From an uncultured Planctomycetia bacterium (GTDB taxonomy: Bacteria > Omnitrophota > Gorgyraeia > Tantalellales > Tantalellaceae), in contig CAYPCX010000003.1 in assembly GCA_964409365.1 (NCBI GenBank), positions 20,577-84,576 on the forward strand: 64,000 nt of DNA, given 5' to 3'. Shown piece after piece: positions 30,234-39,658 of the stretch. The position numbers were made by a program, and so were the translations under genes. Under the pieces are notes generated by a model. That model made no database searches. It worked only from the letters and a program-made list of their open reading frames with translations, and was not told where the DNA came from. Position 1 is the stretch's first letter; every line of letters begins with the position of its first letter.

Positions 30234-31538
30234 ATGAAAGTAGCGATAATAGGTACAGGCTACGTCGGGCTTACGACCGGCGTCTGCCTCGCGGACATAG
30301 GCCACAAAGTCGTTTGTGTCGACAACGACCAGGAGAAGCTGAAAAAGCTGAAGAAGGGCATATCTCCGATATTCGAGCCCGGTATCGAAGATCTGATGAA
30401 GCGGAACATAAAGGAAGGCAGGCTCGAATTCATACACGAGATACCGCCGGCGGTAAACGAGGCCGAGATAATATTCATCTGCGTGAACACGCCGCCCAAA
30501 GAGGACGGCCAGGCCGACCTGAGATACGTCGAACGGGTGGCAAGGGAGACCGCGCTGTCGATGGGTTCCGACTACAAAGTGATAGTGGACAAAAGCACCG
30601 TCCCGGTGAGGACGGCCGAGAAGGTCAAGGAGACCATTTCGCGTTACAGCACGGCTGAGACCAGATTTGACGTTGTTTCCAACCCTGAGTTCCTCAGGGA
30701 GGGCACGGCCGTGAAGGATACCCTGGAACCGGACAGGATAATCATAGGCGCCGACAGCGACAAGGCGAAGGAAAAGATGCTCGAATTGTATAAGCCTTTG
30801 ACCGGCGGTAAAGACGCTCCTATCCGGGTGGTCAACGTAAGGAGCGCCGAACTTATCAAGCACGGCGCGAACACTTTTCTGACCATCAAGATATCTTTCG
30901 CCAATCTCATCGCCCATGTATGCGAGGAAGCCCACGCGGACGCCCTGGAAGTGCTGGAGGCCATCGGCCTGGACAAGAGGATAGGGAGCCTTTTTCTCAA
31001 TCCGGGCATCGGTTTCGGCGGGAGCTGTTTTCCGAAGGATATCGCGGCTTTCAAGAACACACTGGAGATACTGGGCATCGACAACACGCTTATAAAGACC
31101 ATAGAGAAGATCAACGAACAGGCGCTCCACAATTTTCTCAACAAGATCGAAAAAGAACTATGGGTCGTTGACGGCAAGGTGATAGGCGTGCTGGGGCTGG
31201 CGTTTAAACCCGACACGGACGATATTCGCAACGCCCCCGCGCTGAAGGCGATAGAGAAGCTCAAGGCGGACGGGGCAAAGATAAAGGCTTACGACCCGCA
31301 GGCGATGGAGAGGGCGAAGGCCGTCATCCCGGACATCCGGTACTGTTCGGACCCCTATGAGGCCGCGAAGGAAAGTGAAGCCCTGCTCGTTTGCACCGAA
31401 TGGGAAGAATTTCGCCGGCTTGACCTTGAAAAGGTCAAAAAGCTCATGGCCATACCGGTGGTATTCGACGGCAGGAACATATACGAGCCTTCCAGGATGG
31501 CGGAGCTGGGGTTTAAGTATTTCGGGATAGGCCGCTGA
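30234..31538 (+). CDS. ugd: UDP-glucose/GDP-mannose dehydrogenase family protein
   Basis: GTGYVG, KSTVP, SNPEFLREG, GFGGSCFPKD. Confidence 0.93.
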   Translation: MKVAIIGTGYVGLTTGVCLADIGHKVVCVDNDQEKLKKLKKGISPIFEPGIEDLMKRNIKEGRLEFIHEIPPAVNEAEIIFICVNTPPKEDGQADLRYVERVARETALSMGSDYKVIVDKSTVPVRTAEKVKETISRYSTAETRFDVVSNPEFLREGTAVKDTLEPDRIIIGADSDKAKEKMLELYKPLTGGKDAPIRVVNVRSAELIKHGANTFLTIKISFANLIAHVCEEAHADALEVLEAIGLDKRIGSLFLNPGIGFGGSCFPKDIAAFKNTLEILGIDNTLIKTIEKINEQALHNFLNKIEKELWVVDGKVIGVLGLAFKPDTDDIRNAPALKAIEKLKADGAKIKAYDPQAMERAKAVIPDIRYCSDPYEAAKESEALLVCTEWEEFRRLDLEKVKKLMAIPVVFDGRNIYEPSRMAELGFKYFGIGR

Positions 31539-31556
31539 ACGACCGGATCACAAATA

Positions 31557-31829
31557 ATGGACAGCGAAAGGTACGAAAAATATTCGTCAGAAAAAGAAAG
31601 CGCGTTCGAAGCGTTATGTAAAAGATGCGGCGAATGCTGCGGCGCGAGCGGTGACCCCTGCGTGAATCTTGCCCGCCGCGACGACGGGACGTTCTTCTGC
31701 AGGGATTACGAGGGCCGGCTGGGCCCGCAGGTGACCGTCTCGGGAAAAAAATTCCACTGTATCCCTATCCGGGATTACATCAACCACGGGACCCTCAAGG
31801 ACAACTGCGCCTACCGGGTAAAGCTCTAA
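31557..31829 (+). CDS. CxxCxxCC (YkgJ-like) metal-binding protein
   Basis: CKRCGECC...PCVNL...CRDYEGR...C. Confidence 0.75.
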   Translation: MDSERYEKYSSEKESAFEALCKRCGECCGASGDPCVNLARRDDGTFFCRDYEGRLGPQVTVSGKKFHCIPIRDYINHGTLKDNCAYRVKL

Positions 31830-32425
31830 GCTTTTTTCCTGTCAGTAAGAAGCCAGACGATCCCCACCAGGAATATGAAGAGGAACGAGTACATCGAGTA
31901 CCACAGGCCGTCCATTATGGTTATCTGTACCACCTGGCTCGAGACGTCCATAGTGTAAAGATTGTAAAGGCCCGCTATGGATATCGCGCCCCCGATCAGA
32001 AGCATGGGTATCACGTACAACCTGTTCGAAAGGCCCAGGAAGGCCAGAAAAGCGCAGACAACGGCCAGGCCGGGCAGAAGGTAGACGAGGTAGCTTTTCT
32101 TGTCGATGCCTTTCGGGCTGTTGAACAATGTCTCGGCAAGCGAAAGGGCGACCTTAGAGCTTTCGTCGTTGACCATTTTCGGCACCTGGAAGCCTGTAAC
32201 GGTCGTCTTGATCTCCACGTCCCCGCCGATGGCGCTTATCGCGTCTGTAAAGGCGGCGATCTTGCCGACCACTTTACTGGCATAGGGGGTATCTTCCACA
32301 GATTTGGTGACCTCTTTCGATATGCCGGTCACGGAAGTGGCGACTTTCGCCCACGGCATGAAAAAAGCGACAACGATCAACGCGCTCGCGGCAACCACCA
32401 GACATACGAAAAATAATCGTTTCAT
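31826..32425 (-). CDS. Hypothetical membrane protein (4 TM)
   Basis: FFMPW after TM1, three more hydrophobic segments, purine-rich SD. Confidence 0.75.
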   Translation of the reverse strand: MKRLFFVCLVVAASALIVVAFFMPWAKVATSVTGISKEVTKSVEDTPYASKVVGKIAAFTDAISAIGGDVEIKTTVTGFQVPKMVNDESSKVALSLAETLFNSPKGIDKKSYLVYLLPGLAVVCAFLAFLGLSNRLYVIPMLLIGGAISIAGLYNLYTMDVSSQVVQITIMDGLWYSMYSFLFIFLVGIVWLLTDRKKA

Positions 32426-32479
32426 AACAAAACCCCCTTTTCAGGCAATTATACACCTTCTTATATCAGACCACAAGTA

Positions 32480-32680
32480 TCGGTTTCAGGTTTCTGGTCC
32501 AAGGTCTCTTTTTAGTGTCAGAGTGTCACCACTCACTTCGTTCGTTAGTGTCAAAGTGTCAGAGTTTTCTGTGATACTATGACACTGGTGAGCATGACGA
32601 ACGATGACGCTGTGACACTTCCCTCCGTCTCCTTTTTCCACCTACCACCTGATACCTGACACTTGATACCTGATACCTGA
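32480..32680. repeat. Nested heptamer/octamer inverted-repeat element, copy B (inverted)
   Basis: GGTTTCA run, AGTGTCA run, TGACACT run, ACCTGAT run. Confidence 0.8.
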
Positions 32681-32688
32681 TTTATTTC

Positions 32689-32718
32689 TTGACACTTTAA
32701 CCGTCTGGCAAATAAAAT
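32689..32718 (+). promoter_or_regulatory. sigma70 promoter of malic enzyme gene
   Basis: TTGACA-18-TAAAAT. Confidence 0.6.
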
Positions 32719-32752
32719 AAAGTCCGAACAGCACAACAGAAACGGAAATGAC

Positions 32753-34021
32753 ATGCCCGCAAGTAAGTTTACGATGACCGACGAAGAGATCTTCGAATAT
32801 CACCTCGGCGGCAAGATCGGCCTTGAGCTTCTAAAGGAACTGGCCGATCAGAAGGACTTGAGCATGGCCTATACCCCCGGGGTCTCGAAGATATGCCAGG
32901 CTATCCAGAACGACGGGGACCTTGTCTACAACCTTACCGCCAAGGGCAACCTCGTGGCGGTGGTCACCGACGGAACGGCGGTCCTCGGACTGGGGAACAT
33001 AGGCGCCAGGGCCTCGATCCCCGTGATGGAAGGCAAAGCGGTGCTTTTCAAGGCGTTCGCCGGCGTCGACGCCTGGCCGGTACCGTTAGAAGGGGTCCTT
33101 GACGCGGGCGGGCATACAGACGTGGACAAGTTCACGGACGCCGTGCGGAAGATAGCCTGCATGTACGGCGGCATCAACCTCGAGGATGTAGCCGCCCCGG
33201 CGTGCTTTGAGCTGGAAGACCGGCTGGACGAGATGCTGGACATCCCCGTGTTCCACGACGACCAGTGGGGAACGGGTATTATAACGCTCGCGGCTTTTAA
33301 GAACTACTGCGTGGTTTCCGGAAAAAAAGCGAAGGACCTTTCAGTGGTCATAAACGGCGCCGGCGCCGCCGGCCTCCGAATAGCCGAGATGATCAAGACC
33401 GACGGCGTGAGAGACTGCGTCATATGCGATTCGAAAGGGGTGATGTACGAAGGCAGGGACAATCTCAACACGCGCAAGCTGGCGCATGCCGTAGACACCC
33501 CCAAGAGGACGCTTGCCGACGCCATGAAAGGCGCCGATGTCTTTATAGGCGTCTCCGTCGCCGATTGCGTCACCCCGGAGATGGTGGTTTCCATGGCCGA
33601 CTTCCCTGCCATATTCGCGATGGCCAACCCGGTACCCGAGATACGCCCGGAGGCGGTGCAGGAATGCATGAAGGGCAGAAAATACGTAATGGCCACCGGG
33701 AGGTCCGATTACCCGAACCAGGTCAACAACGTTCTCGGGTTCCCGTTCATATTTCGCGGGGCGCTTGATGTCCGGGCCGGAAAGATCACGATGGGCATGA
33801 AGATAGCCGCCGCGGAAGCTCTCGCCGCCCTGGCACGCGACGGGAACGTCCCCGGGAAGGTCAAGAAGGCCTACGGCCACGATTTCGAATTCGGGCCGGA
33901 CTACCTCATACCGACCCCGTTCGACCCGAGGATAATCGACTGGGAGGCGAAGGCCGTCGCGGAAACGGCCATCAAAGAAGGCGTGGCATCCGTCACCGAG
34001 CTCCCCGAACAATACCGCTGA
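32753..34021 (+). CDS. NAD(P)-dependent malic enzyme (no PTA domain)
   Basis: AYTPGV, DGTAVLGLG, VMEGKA, FHDDQ, GAGAAG, TGRSDYPNQVNN. Confidence 0.93.
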   Translation: MPASKFTMTDEEIFEYHLGGKIGLELLKELADQKDLSMAYTPGVSKICQAIQNDGDLVYNLTAKGNLVAVVTDGTAVLGLGNIGARASIPVMEGKAVLFKAFAGVDAWPVPLEGVLDAGGHTDVDKFTDAVRKIACMYGGINLEDVAAPACFELEDRLDEMLDIPVFHDDQWGTGIITLAAFKNYCVVSGKKAKDLSVVINGAGAAGLRIAEMIKTDGVRDCVICDSKGVMYEGRDNLNTRKLAHAVDTPKRTLADAMKGADVFIGVSVADCVTPEMVVSMADFPAIFAMANPVPEIRPEAVQECMKGRKYVMATGRSDYPNQVNNVLGFPFIFRGALDVRAGKITMGMKIAAAEALAALARDGNVPGKVKKAYGHDFEFGPDYLIPTPFDPRIIDWEAKAVAETAIKEGVASVTELPEQYR

Positions 34022-34041
34022 CAGGCCCGGGCTCTATCGCT

Positions 34042-35043
34042 TTGAGAAAAAGGCAGGTTAAGGTGGACAGCTTTTTTTACAATCTTGAGTCATTCCTCAA
34101 AGAGCGCATATCACGAAAAAGGTTCCTGAAAGTCTGCCTGGGCGGGTTCGTCCTTTTCCTTTCGAACAGCACCTTTCTGAAGGCCGCTTTCGCCAAAGCG
34201 GCCCCATCCAACGGCAGGCCGAAAAAGGACATAAAAGGGGACCACGACCTGGTGCTTGCCGGGGGCAAAGACCCGTACACGAACACGGTGAAAGCCGTGG
34301 AGAAGATGGGCGGGATGGGAAGATTCGTAAAGGAGGGCGACGTGGTGGTCGTAAAGCCGAACATGGCGTGGGACCGCACCCCGGCGCAGGCCGCCAACAC
34401 CGACCCGCAGGTCGTGGCCGCGCTCGTCGATATGTGCTACGAAGCCGGGGCTAAAAGGGTGAACGTGTTCGATATTCCCTGCAACGAGGACAAGTTCTGC
34501 TATGAGCACAGCGGCATAGCGAAGGCCGCAAAAGAAAGCGGCGCCCACGTGTATTACGCGAACCACTGGAACGTGCTCAAAGCGCGTTTTTCATACAAGA
34601 GCCCCATGGAGAACTGGCCGATACTCAGGGATGCCGTGAAATGCGATACGTTCATAAACGTCCCCGTCCTTAAACACCACGGGCTTACGGGCCTGACGCT
34701 TTCGATGAAGAACCTGATGGGGGTTTGCAGCGGCACCAGGGGGCTGATACACATGGATATCGGAAGGAAACTGGTCGATCTTACCGATTTCATCAACCCC
34801 GACCTTACGGTCGTAGACGCGACGCGCGTGCTCGTGAAACACGGCCCGAGCGGGGGCAACCTTGAAGACGTCAAAGAGATTGACAAGGTCATAGTCGCGA
34901 CGGATCCCACTCTCGCCGACGCTTTTGCCTGCACGCTTGTAAACCGCGACCCGATGACCGTTCCCTATATAAAGAACGCGGCCCAGCGCGGTTTCGGGAA
35001 CACGGATATCTCGAAAGCCGACATCCTCAGGGTAAACACATGA
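34042..35043 (+). CDS. DUF362 domain protein with Tat-like signal
   Basis: SRKRFLK leader, VVVKPN, INVPVLKHH, MKNLMG; start uncertain (TTG 34042 or GTG 34063). Confidence 0.85.
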   Translation: MRKRQVKVDSFFYNLESFLKERISRKRFLKVCLGGFVLFLSNSTFLKAAFAKAAPSNGRPKKDIKGDHDLVLAGGKDPYTNTVKAVEKMGGMGRFVKEGDVVVVKPNMAWDRTPAQAANTDPQVVAALVDMCYEAGAKRVNVFDIPCNEDKFCYEHSGIAKAAKESGAHVYYANHWNVLKARFSYKSPMENWPILRDAVKCDTFINVPVLKHHGLTGLTLSMKNLMGVCSGTRGLIHMDIGRKLVDLTDFINPDLTVVDATRVLVKHGPSGGNLEDVKEIDKVIVATDPTLADAFACTLVNRDPMTVPYIKNAAQRGFGNTDISKADILRVNT

Positions 35044-36563
35044 GAAAACTGGTCATAGCGAGACGGGCTTCCCAGGCTTTTTTTCTTTGTCTTTTCATCT
35101 ATATCCTGTGGTCGACGACGTATCCCCTGAAAGGGCTTTTTCCCACAAAGACGTTCTTCCACACGAACCCCCTCATCATGATATTCACCTCGGTGAGCGA
35201 ACGCCTGCTGCTTGCGGGGCTTATCTTCGCCCTTGTGATGCTGGTCCTGACGCTTGTCGTGGGAAGGTTCTATTGCGGATGGATCTGCCCCCTGGGGACG
35301 ATGATCGACTGGACGGGCGCGCTCAGGAAGAAGAAACCGCACCCCGGCGACCGGGTGAACCGCTGGATCAGGAAGGGGAAGTTCCTGACACTTGCCGTTA
35401 TAGCCGGTTTTTCGCTGGCCGGCATACAGGCCGCGTGGATACTCGACCCGATGGTGATAACGGCCCGGTTCGTGTCACTCTTCCTGATCCCCACGATTAC
35501 ACTGCTTCTTAACAAGGTTTTCGTGATACTGATAAGGGACCTGGGGTTTTACGGCCGCGTCCAGGACGTCTATCACGGGCTGAGATCGTCGCTCCTGGGC
35601 ATAGAGCCGCATTATTTCTCAAGTTCACCGGTAATATTCCTGTTCTTCCTGCTTGTGATCTCGTCGGCGCTTTTTATCTCCAGGCTCTGGTGCCGGGCCG
35701 TTTGTCCGCTGGGCGGCCTTTACGCGGTCGTATCCAGATTTTCTTTTATGAGCAGGGTGGTCGGCGACTGTGTCGGATGCCACACGTGCGTTCCGCTTTG
35801 CCGGACAGGCGCGATAATGGACGGCCGAAGTTACGCGAAGGGGGAATGCATACTATGCATGGACTGCGTCTACGCCTGTCCTCCCGGTGTCACGAAGTTC
35901 GCACTCCCGGCGGTCGGCAGGCGTGCCGATAAAGGCACTTTATCCCGTGCCGAAAAGGAAAACGGCGTCTCCAGGAAAAACTTCATATTTCTCATGCTGG
36001 GCTCATTTCTCGCGATGGGTTTCAACTGGCCCGAACGCGATCGGGCCACCGGTGCTGTCATAAGGCCGCCCGGGTCCCTGAAGGAAGATGAGTTCCTGTC
36101 ACGGTGCATACGATGCGGCAACTGCATGAAAGTATGCCCCACGAACGGGCTCCAGCCGACAGTGCTCCAGACAGGGTTGGAGGGGATCTGGACGCCGCAC
36201 CTCGTGCCGGAGATAGGGTACTGCGAATATAAATGCACCCTTTGCGGCGAGGTCTGCCCGACCGGAGCTATCCCGCAGATCGATCTCTGGAAAAAGAAAA
36301 GGACAAAACTGGGCACCGCCAAAGTGGACCGGTCTCTCTGTGTCGCCTGGTCGAAGAACTGGCACTGCGTGGTATGCGAGGAGCACTGCCCCGTGTACGA
36401 TAAAGCTATAAGGGTGAAAGAAGAACTCGTGGACGGGGTTATCATCAAGAAGCCCTATGTCCTGCCGGACCTCTGCGTGGGGTGCGGCATATGCCAGGCC
36501 AAATGCCCGGTACGCCCGGTAAGGGCCATCAAGGTCAGCCCCGAGGGGGCCGACAGGACTTAA
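35040..36563 (+). CDS. Membrane polyferredoxin (NapH/MauN-like fused to MauM/NapG-like)
   Basis: CGWICPLG, WCRAVCPLG, six CxxCxxCxxxCP-type motifs, IRPPG. Confidence 0.9.
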   Translation: MRKLVIARRASQAFFLCLFIYILWSTTYPLKGLFPTKTFFHTNPLIMIFTSVSERLLLAGLIFALVMLVLTLVVGRFYCGWICPLGTMIDWTGALRKKKPHPGDRVNRWIRKGKFLTLAVIAGFSLAGIQAAWILDPMVITARFVSLFLIPTITLLLNKVFVILIRDLGFYGRVQDVYHGLRSSLLGIEPHYFSSSPVIFLFFLLVISSALFISRLWCRAVCPLGGLYAVVSRFSFMSRVVGDCVGCHTCVPLCRTGAIMDGRSYAKGECILCMDCVYACPPGVTKFALPAVGRRADKGTLSRAEKENGVSRKNFIFLMLGSFLAMGFNWPERDRATGAVIRPPGSLKEDEFLSRCIRCGNCMKVCPTNGLQPTVLQTGLEGIWTPHLVPEIGYCEYKCTLCGEVCPTGAIPQIDLWKKKRTKLGTAKVDRSLCVAWSKNWHCVVCEEHCPVYDKAIRVKEELVDGVIIKKPYVLPDLCVGCGICQAKCPVRPVRAIKVSPEGADRT

Positions 36564-36573
36564 AGAGCCATAC

Positions 36574-37113
36574 ATGCTCACGTACAGGATAAAGCTCAGC
36601 AAATTCCTTTCATATGTCCTGAGGCACGCGCCGGAAAGGTTCGGCCTTGAGCTTGACAGGTACGGGTTCGGTCCGCTTGAGGATGTGCTCCATATACTGA
36701 AAAAGAGGTTCAGGAATTTCAAAAAAGAGGATCTTTTTGACCTCGTACGGGACGACCAGAAGGGACGTTTCCAGATCGTCCACGGCAGGATAAGGGCCGT
36801 GTACGGCCATTCCATAACGGTCATACCGAGATCCGGGAACGTAACGCCGCCGGAGACGCTTTACCACGGGACTTCCGCGGCAAGCGCCGATAGGATACTG
36901 AGAGACGGTCTTATGCCCATGGGGAGGCAGTTCGTGCATCTCAGCGTCAGCGACGAGGACGCTCGCATGGTCGGCAAAAGGCACGACGAAAGCCCGGTTA
37001 TACTGGAGATCACGGCCGGGGAAGCCTCTCTCGGCGGTGTGGAGTTCTGGAAAGAAGGCAAACTTTTTCTTGCAAAACGTATCCCCGCGGAATATATTAG
37101 AAAAAGACCCTGA
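36574..37113 (+). CDS. kptA: RNA 2'-phosphotransferase (Tpt1/KptA)
   Basis: LSKFLSYVLRH, KGRF, IRAVYGHS, LYHGT, RQFVHLS. Confidence 0.92.
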   Translation: MLTYRIKLSKFLSYVLRHAPERFGLELDRYGFGPLEDVLHILKKRFRNFKKEDLFDLVRDDQKGRFQIVHGRIRAVYGHSITVIPRSGNVTPPETLYHGTSAASADRILRDGLMPMGRQFVHLSVSDEDARMVGKRHDESPVILEITAGEASLGGVEFWKEGKLFLAKRIPAEYIRKRP

Positions 37114-37131
37114 ACAAGGAAGGCGGTGCGC

Positions 37132-37521
37132 ATGTTGTCCAAAAAGTTCCTCGAGGATATACTTTGTAAATATCCCGAGCTTATCGATCCCGGTTGTACG
37201 GTCAGGGACAGAGGCGTGAACCTGTACGGCCAGGAAGTGGACATCCTTCTCGAGGACAGGGCGGGAAAAAGGACAGCCGTCCAGGTCAAGGCCAGCCCCA
37301 TAGAGAAAGAGCACGTAGGCGAGATAGTCTCTTACCAGAACGCCATACTCGCGGGCGAGGCCCCTGACGTCAGCGTCATGATGGTATCCGACAAGGTGCC
37401 TCCGCATCTCCAGACGGCGTTCGAACACAACGGGGTGGCGTGGAAAGAGATAACTCGCTTTCAGATAAAAGAACATCTTTCCAAACGTAACGACCGGGAA
37501 ATGCTCGGGCTTTTGGATTAA
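37132..37521 (+). CDS. NucS/DUF91-like PD-(D/E)xK nuclease-fold domain protein
   Basis: LEDILCKYPELI...VDILLED...VQVKA...GEIVSY. Confidence 0.6.
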   Translation: MLSKKFLEDILCKYPELIDPGCTVRDRGVNLYGQEVDILLEDRAGKRTAVQVKASPIEKEHVGEIVSYQNAILAGEAPDVSVMMVSDKVPPHLQTAFEHNGVAWKEITRFQIKEHLSKRNDREMLGLLD

Positions 37522-37551
37522 AGTCTATTCACAAAAAAAGGGGAGGGAACA

Positions 37552-37806
37552 ATGGAGGAGAAAGAAATAGGCGTCATAACGCATTATTTCGGCCATATCA
37601 GTGTCGGCATAATCGAACTCACCGACACCCTTAAGGTGGGCGACAAGGTCCACATAAAGGGCCATTCCGAGGATTTCACGGAGACAGTGGGTACGATGCA
37701 GATCGAGCACGAGGACGTGGCCGAAGCGAAAGCCGGGGACCTCGTGGGCATCAACGTCACCCAGAAAGTGCATCCGCACGACAAAGTGTACAAAGTGACC
37801 GAATGA
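37552..37806 (+). CDS. Small translation-factor-like beta-barrel protein
   Basis: IGVITHYF, LKVGDKVHIKG, MQIEH, GDLVGI. Confidence 0.8.
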   Translation: MEEKEIGVITHYFGHISVGIIELTDTLKVGDKVHIKGHSEDFTETVGTMQIEHEDVAEAKAGDLVGINVTQKVHPHDKVYKVTE

Positions 37807-37834
37807 CCGGAGAAAGGGCCTACTTTATCAGCTG

Positions 37835-39652
37835 ATGAGCTTCCAGATATTCTACCTGCAGATACTCTGTTTCGGGGTGCTTCTTCTTGCCGCCAGCATA
37901 GGAGGGAGGATAGCCCGCCGCTTGCGTGCAGGCGAGGTGGTGGGGCAGGTCCTCGGGGGCCTGGTCGTCGGCCCCGTGCTCCTTTTCTTTCTGGAACATA
38001 AGATGCCGGGGTACAGGCAAGCCATACAATCCCTGCATTTTTTTACTTTTGTTTTCCTGAGCATAATCGTATTCGGTATCGGGGACGAGCTCAGTTCCGG
38101 AAAGATAAAGAGCGTCGGCAGGGATGTACTTATCATCTGCATCGTGCAGGCAGCGGCCACCTGGGTGCTGGTCAGCGCGACTTTCCTGCTTTTGGGATTC
38201 GAGCCGATAATCGCGCTTATCATCGGCAGTATAGGCATCGCCACGGCGCCCGCGGCGACCTTTGTCATAATGAACAAGCTCGATATCACCGGCAAGATGC
38301 GTAATATGCTCGGCGGCATCGTCGTTCTAGACGACGTCATAGAGGTCATCGTTTTTTCGATCATGTTCCAGGCGGCGTACCTCCTTCACAGGCACAGCGG
38401 AGTGTCCCTCCCGGACCTTGTCTATCCGATGGCAAAGGAATTCGGTTTCGCGATCCTTCTCGGCCTGGCGATATTTCTGGTCATCCGCATCACCCTGACG
38501 CGCAGGTGGCTTATGCCGAAGGGGGACAGGGCGCGCAGGGGAGTGGTCCTCGGGCCGGAGTTCCTGTCGCGCCTCATAACCGAGATGCCGGGACCTTCGG
38601 TCGAGGTGTTCGTAGTCGTCTGGGGCCTCGTGTCGATCGGCGTGGGGCTCGCCCTGCACTGGCATCTCCCGTTCCTGATCACGGCCGTAAGCGCGGGGCT
38701 CTTCGTTTCGAATTTCTACGGGCGGCATGTCTTCGAGTCCCTCAGGATCGAGAACGCCACCTCGATGTACACGCTGCTTTTTTTCGCCCTTATCGGAGCC
38801 AACGCCAACATCGAGGCGTTCCATCCGGAAAACTTGATTTTCATAGTCGTGTATATCGCCTCAAGATCGATAGGAAAGATAGGAGGGACCTGGCTGGGCT
38901 GTAAAATGACGGGCCAGGACCGGCGGCTCACCCATTGCCTGCCGAAGCTTATGCTCCCCCAGGCCGGGGTCGCGGTCGTGGAGGCGTTCTTCGTGGCGGT
39001 GGTCCTCGGCGCGCGTGGGGAGGCGATACTCGGCATCATACTCCCGGGCCTGATAGTGTTCGAGCTGGTCGGCGTACTCGTTTCCGAGAGGGCGCTCATC
39101 AGGTGGCGGTCATGGGTGACGGGCGGGGGGGATCTGATCGGCGAGGAAGAGATCATCCGGGACAAGATGCAGAAAGAGCGCCTGGACATATACGAGCTTA
39201 TCCGTCCCGAATGTCTCAGGGTCCCGCTGGAAGTCAATTCCAAAGGCGAGGCCATCTGGGAGCTGATAAGGACCATACAGTCCGCAGGGTTCATCCAGAA
39301 CGGGGGAGAAGTCCTCCAGATCATCCTCCAGAGGGAACGGCAGGGCGGGATAACGCTCGGCGAGGGAACGGCGATCCTGCACGGCAGGATACCCGATCTT
39401 AAGGAACCGGCGATAGCTATCGGGGTCCTCCCGCGGGACCACAGCGTCGATTTCGGCGGCACGGGGGATATACCGATAGATATCGTGTATATGGTCCTTT
39501 CGCCGCTTGAGAGGCCCGAACTTCACCTGCAGGTGCTCGCCGCGATCGCGCGCTTTTTGTCGGACTCCGACATGAGGACGCGCCTCAGGTACGCGAACAA
39601 CGAGCTCGAGGCGATGGAGATAATGAAGGAACACCATGAAGGTCAGGCATAG
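37835..39652 (+). CDS. Cation:proton antiporter fused to PTS EIIA domain
   Basis: ATAPAAT, VVLDD, LPQAGVA membrane domain; C-terminal RERQGGITLGEGTAILHGR...HLQVLAAIAR. Confidence 0.88.
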   Translation: MSFQIFYLQILCFGVLLLAASIGGRIARRLRAGEVVGQVLGGLVVGPVLLFFLEHKMPGYRQAIQSLHFFTFVFLSIIVFGIGDELSSGKIKSVGRDVLIICIVQAAATWVLVSATFLLLGFEPIIALIIGSIGIATAPAATFVIMNKLDITGKMRNMLGGIVVLDDVIEVIVFSIMFQAAYLLHRHSGVSLPDLVYPMAKEFGFAILLGLAIFLVIRITLTRRWLMPKGDRARRGVVLGPEFLSRLITEMPGPSVEVFVVVWGLVSIGVGLALHWHLPFLITAVSAGLFVSNFYGRHVFESLRIENATSMYTLLFFALIGANANIEAFHPENLIFIVVYIASRSIGKIGGTWLGCKMTGQDRRLTHCLPKLMLPQAGVAVVEAFFVAVVLGARGEAILGIILPGLIVFELVGVLVSERALIRWRSWVTGGGDLIGEEEIIRDKMQKERLDIYELIRPECLRVPLEVNSKGEAIWELIRTIQSAGFIQNGGEVLQIILQRERQGGITLGEGTAILHGRIPDLKEPAIAIGVLPRDHSVDFGGTGDIPIDIVYMVLSPLERPELHLQVLAAIARFLSDSDMRTRLRYANNELEAMEIMKEHHEGQA

Positions 39653-39658
39653 TACGAC

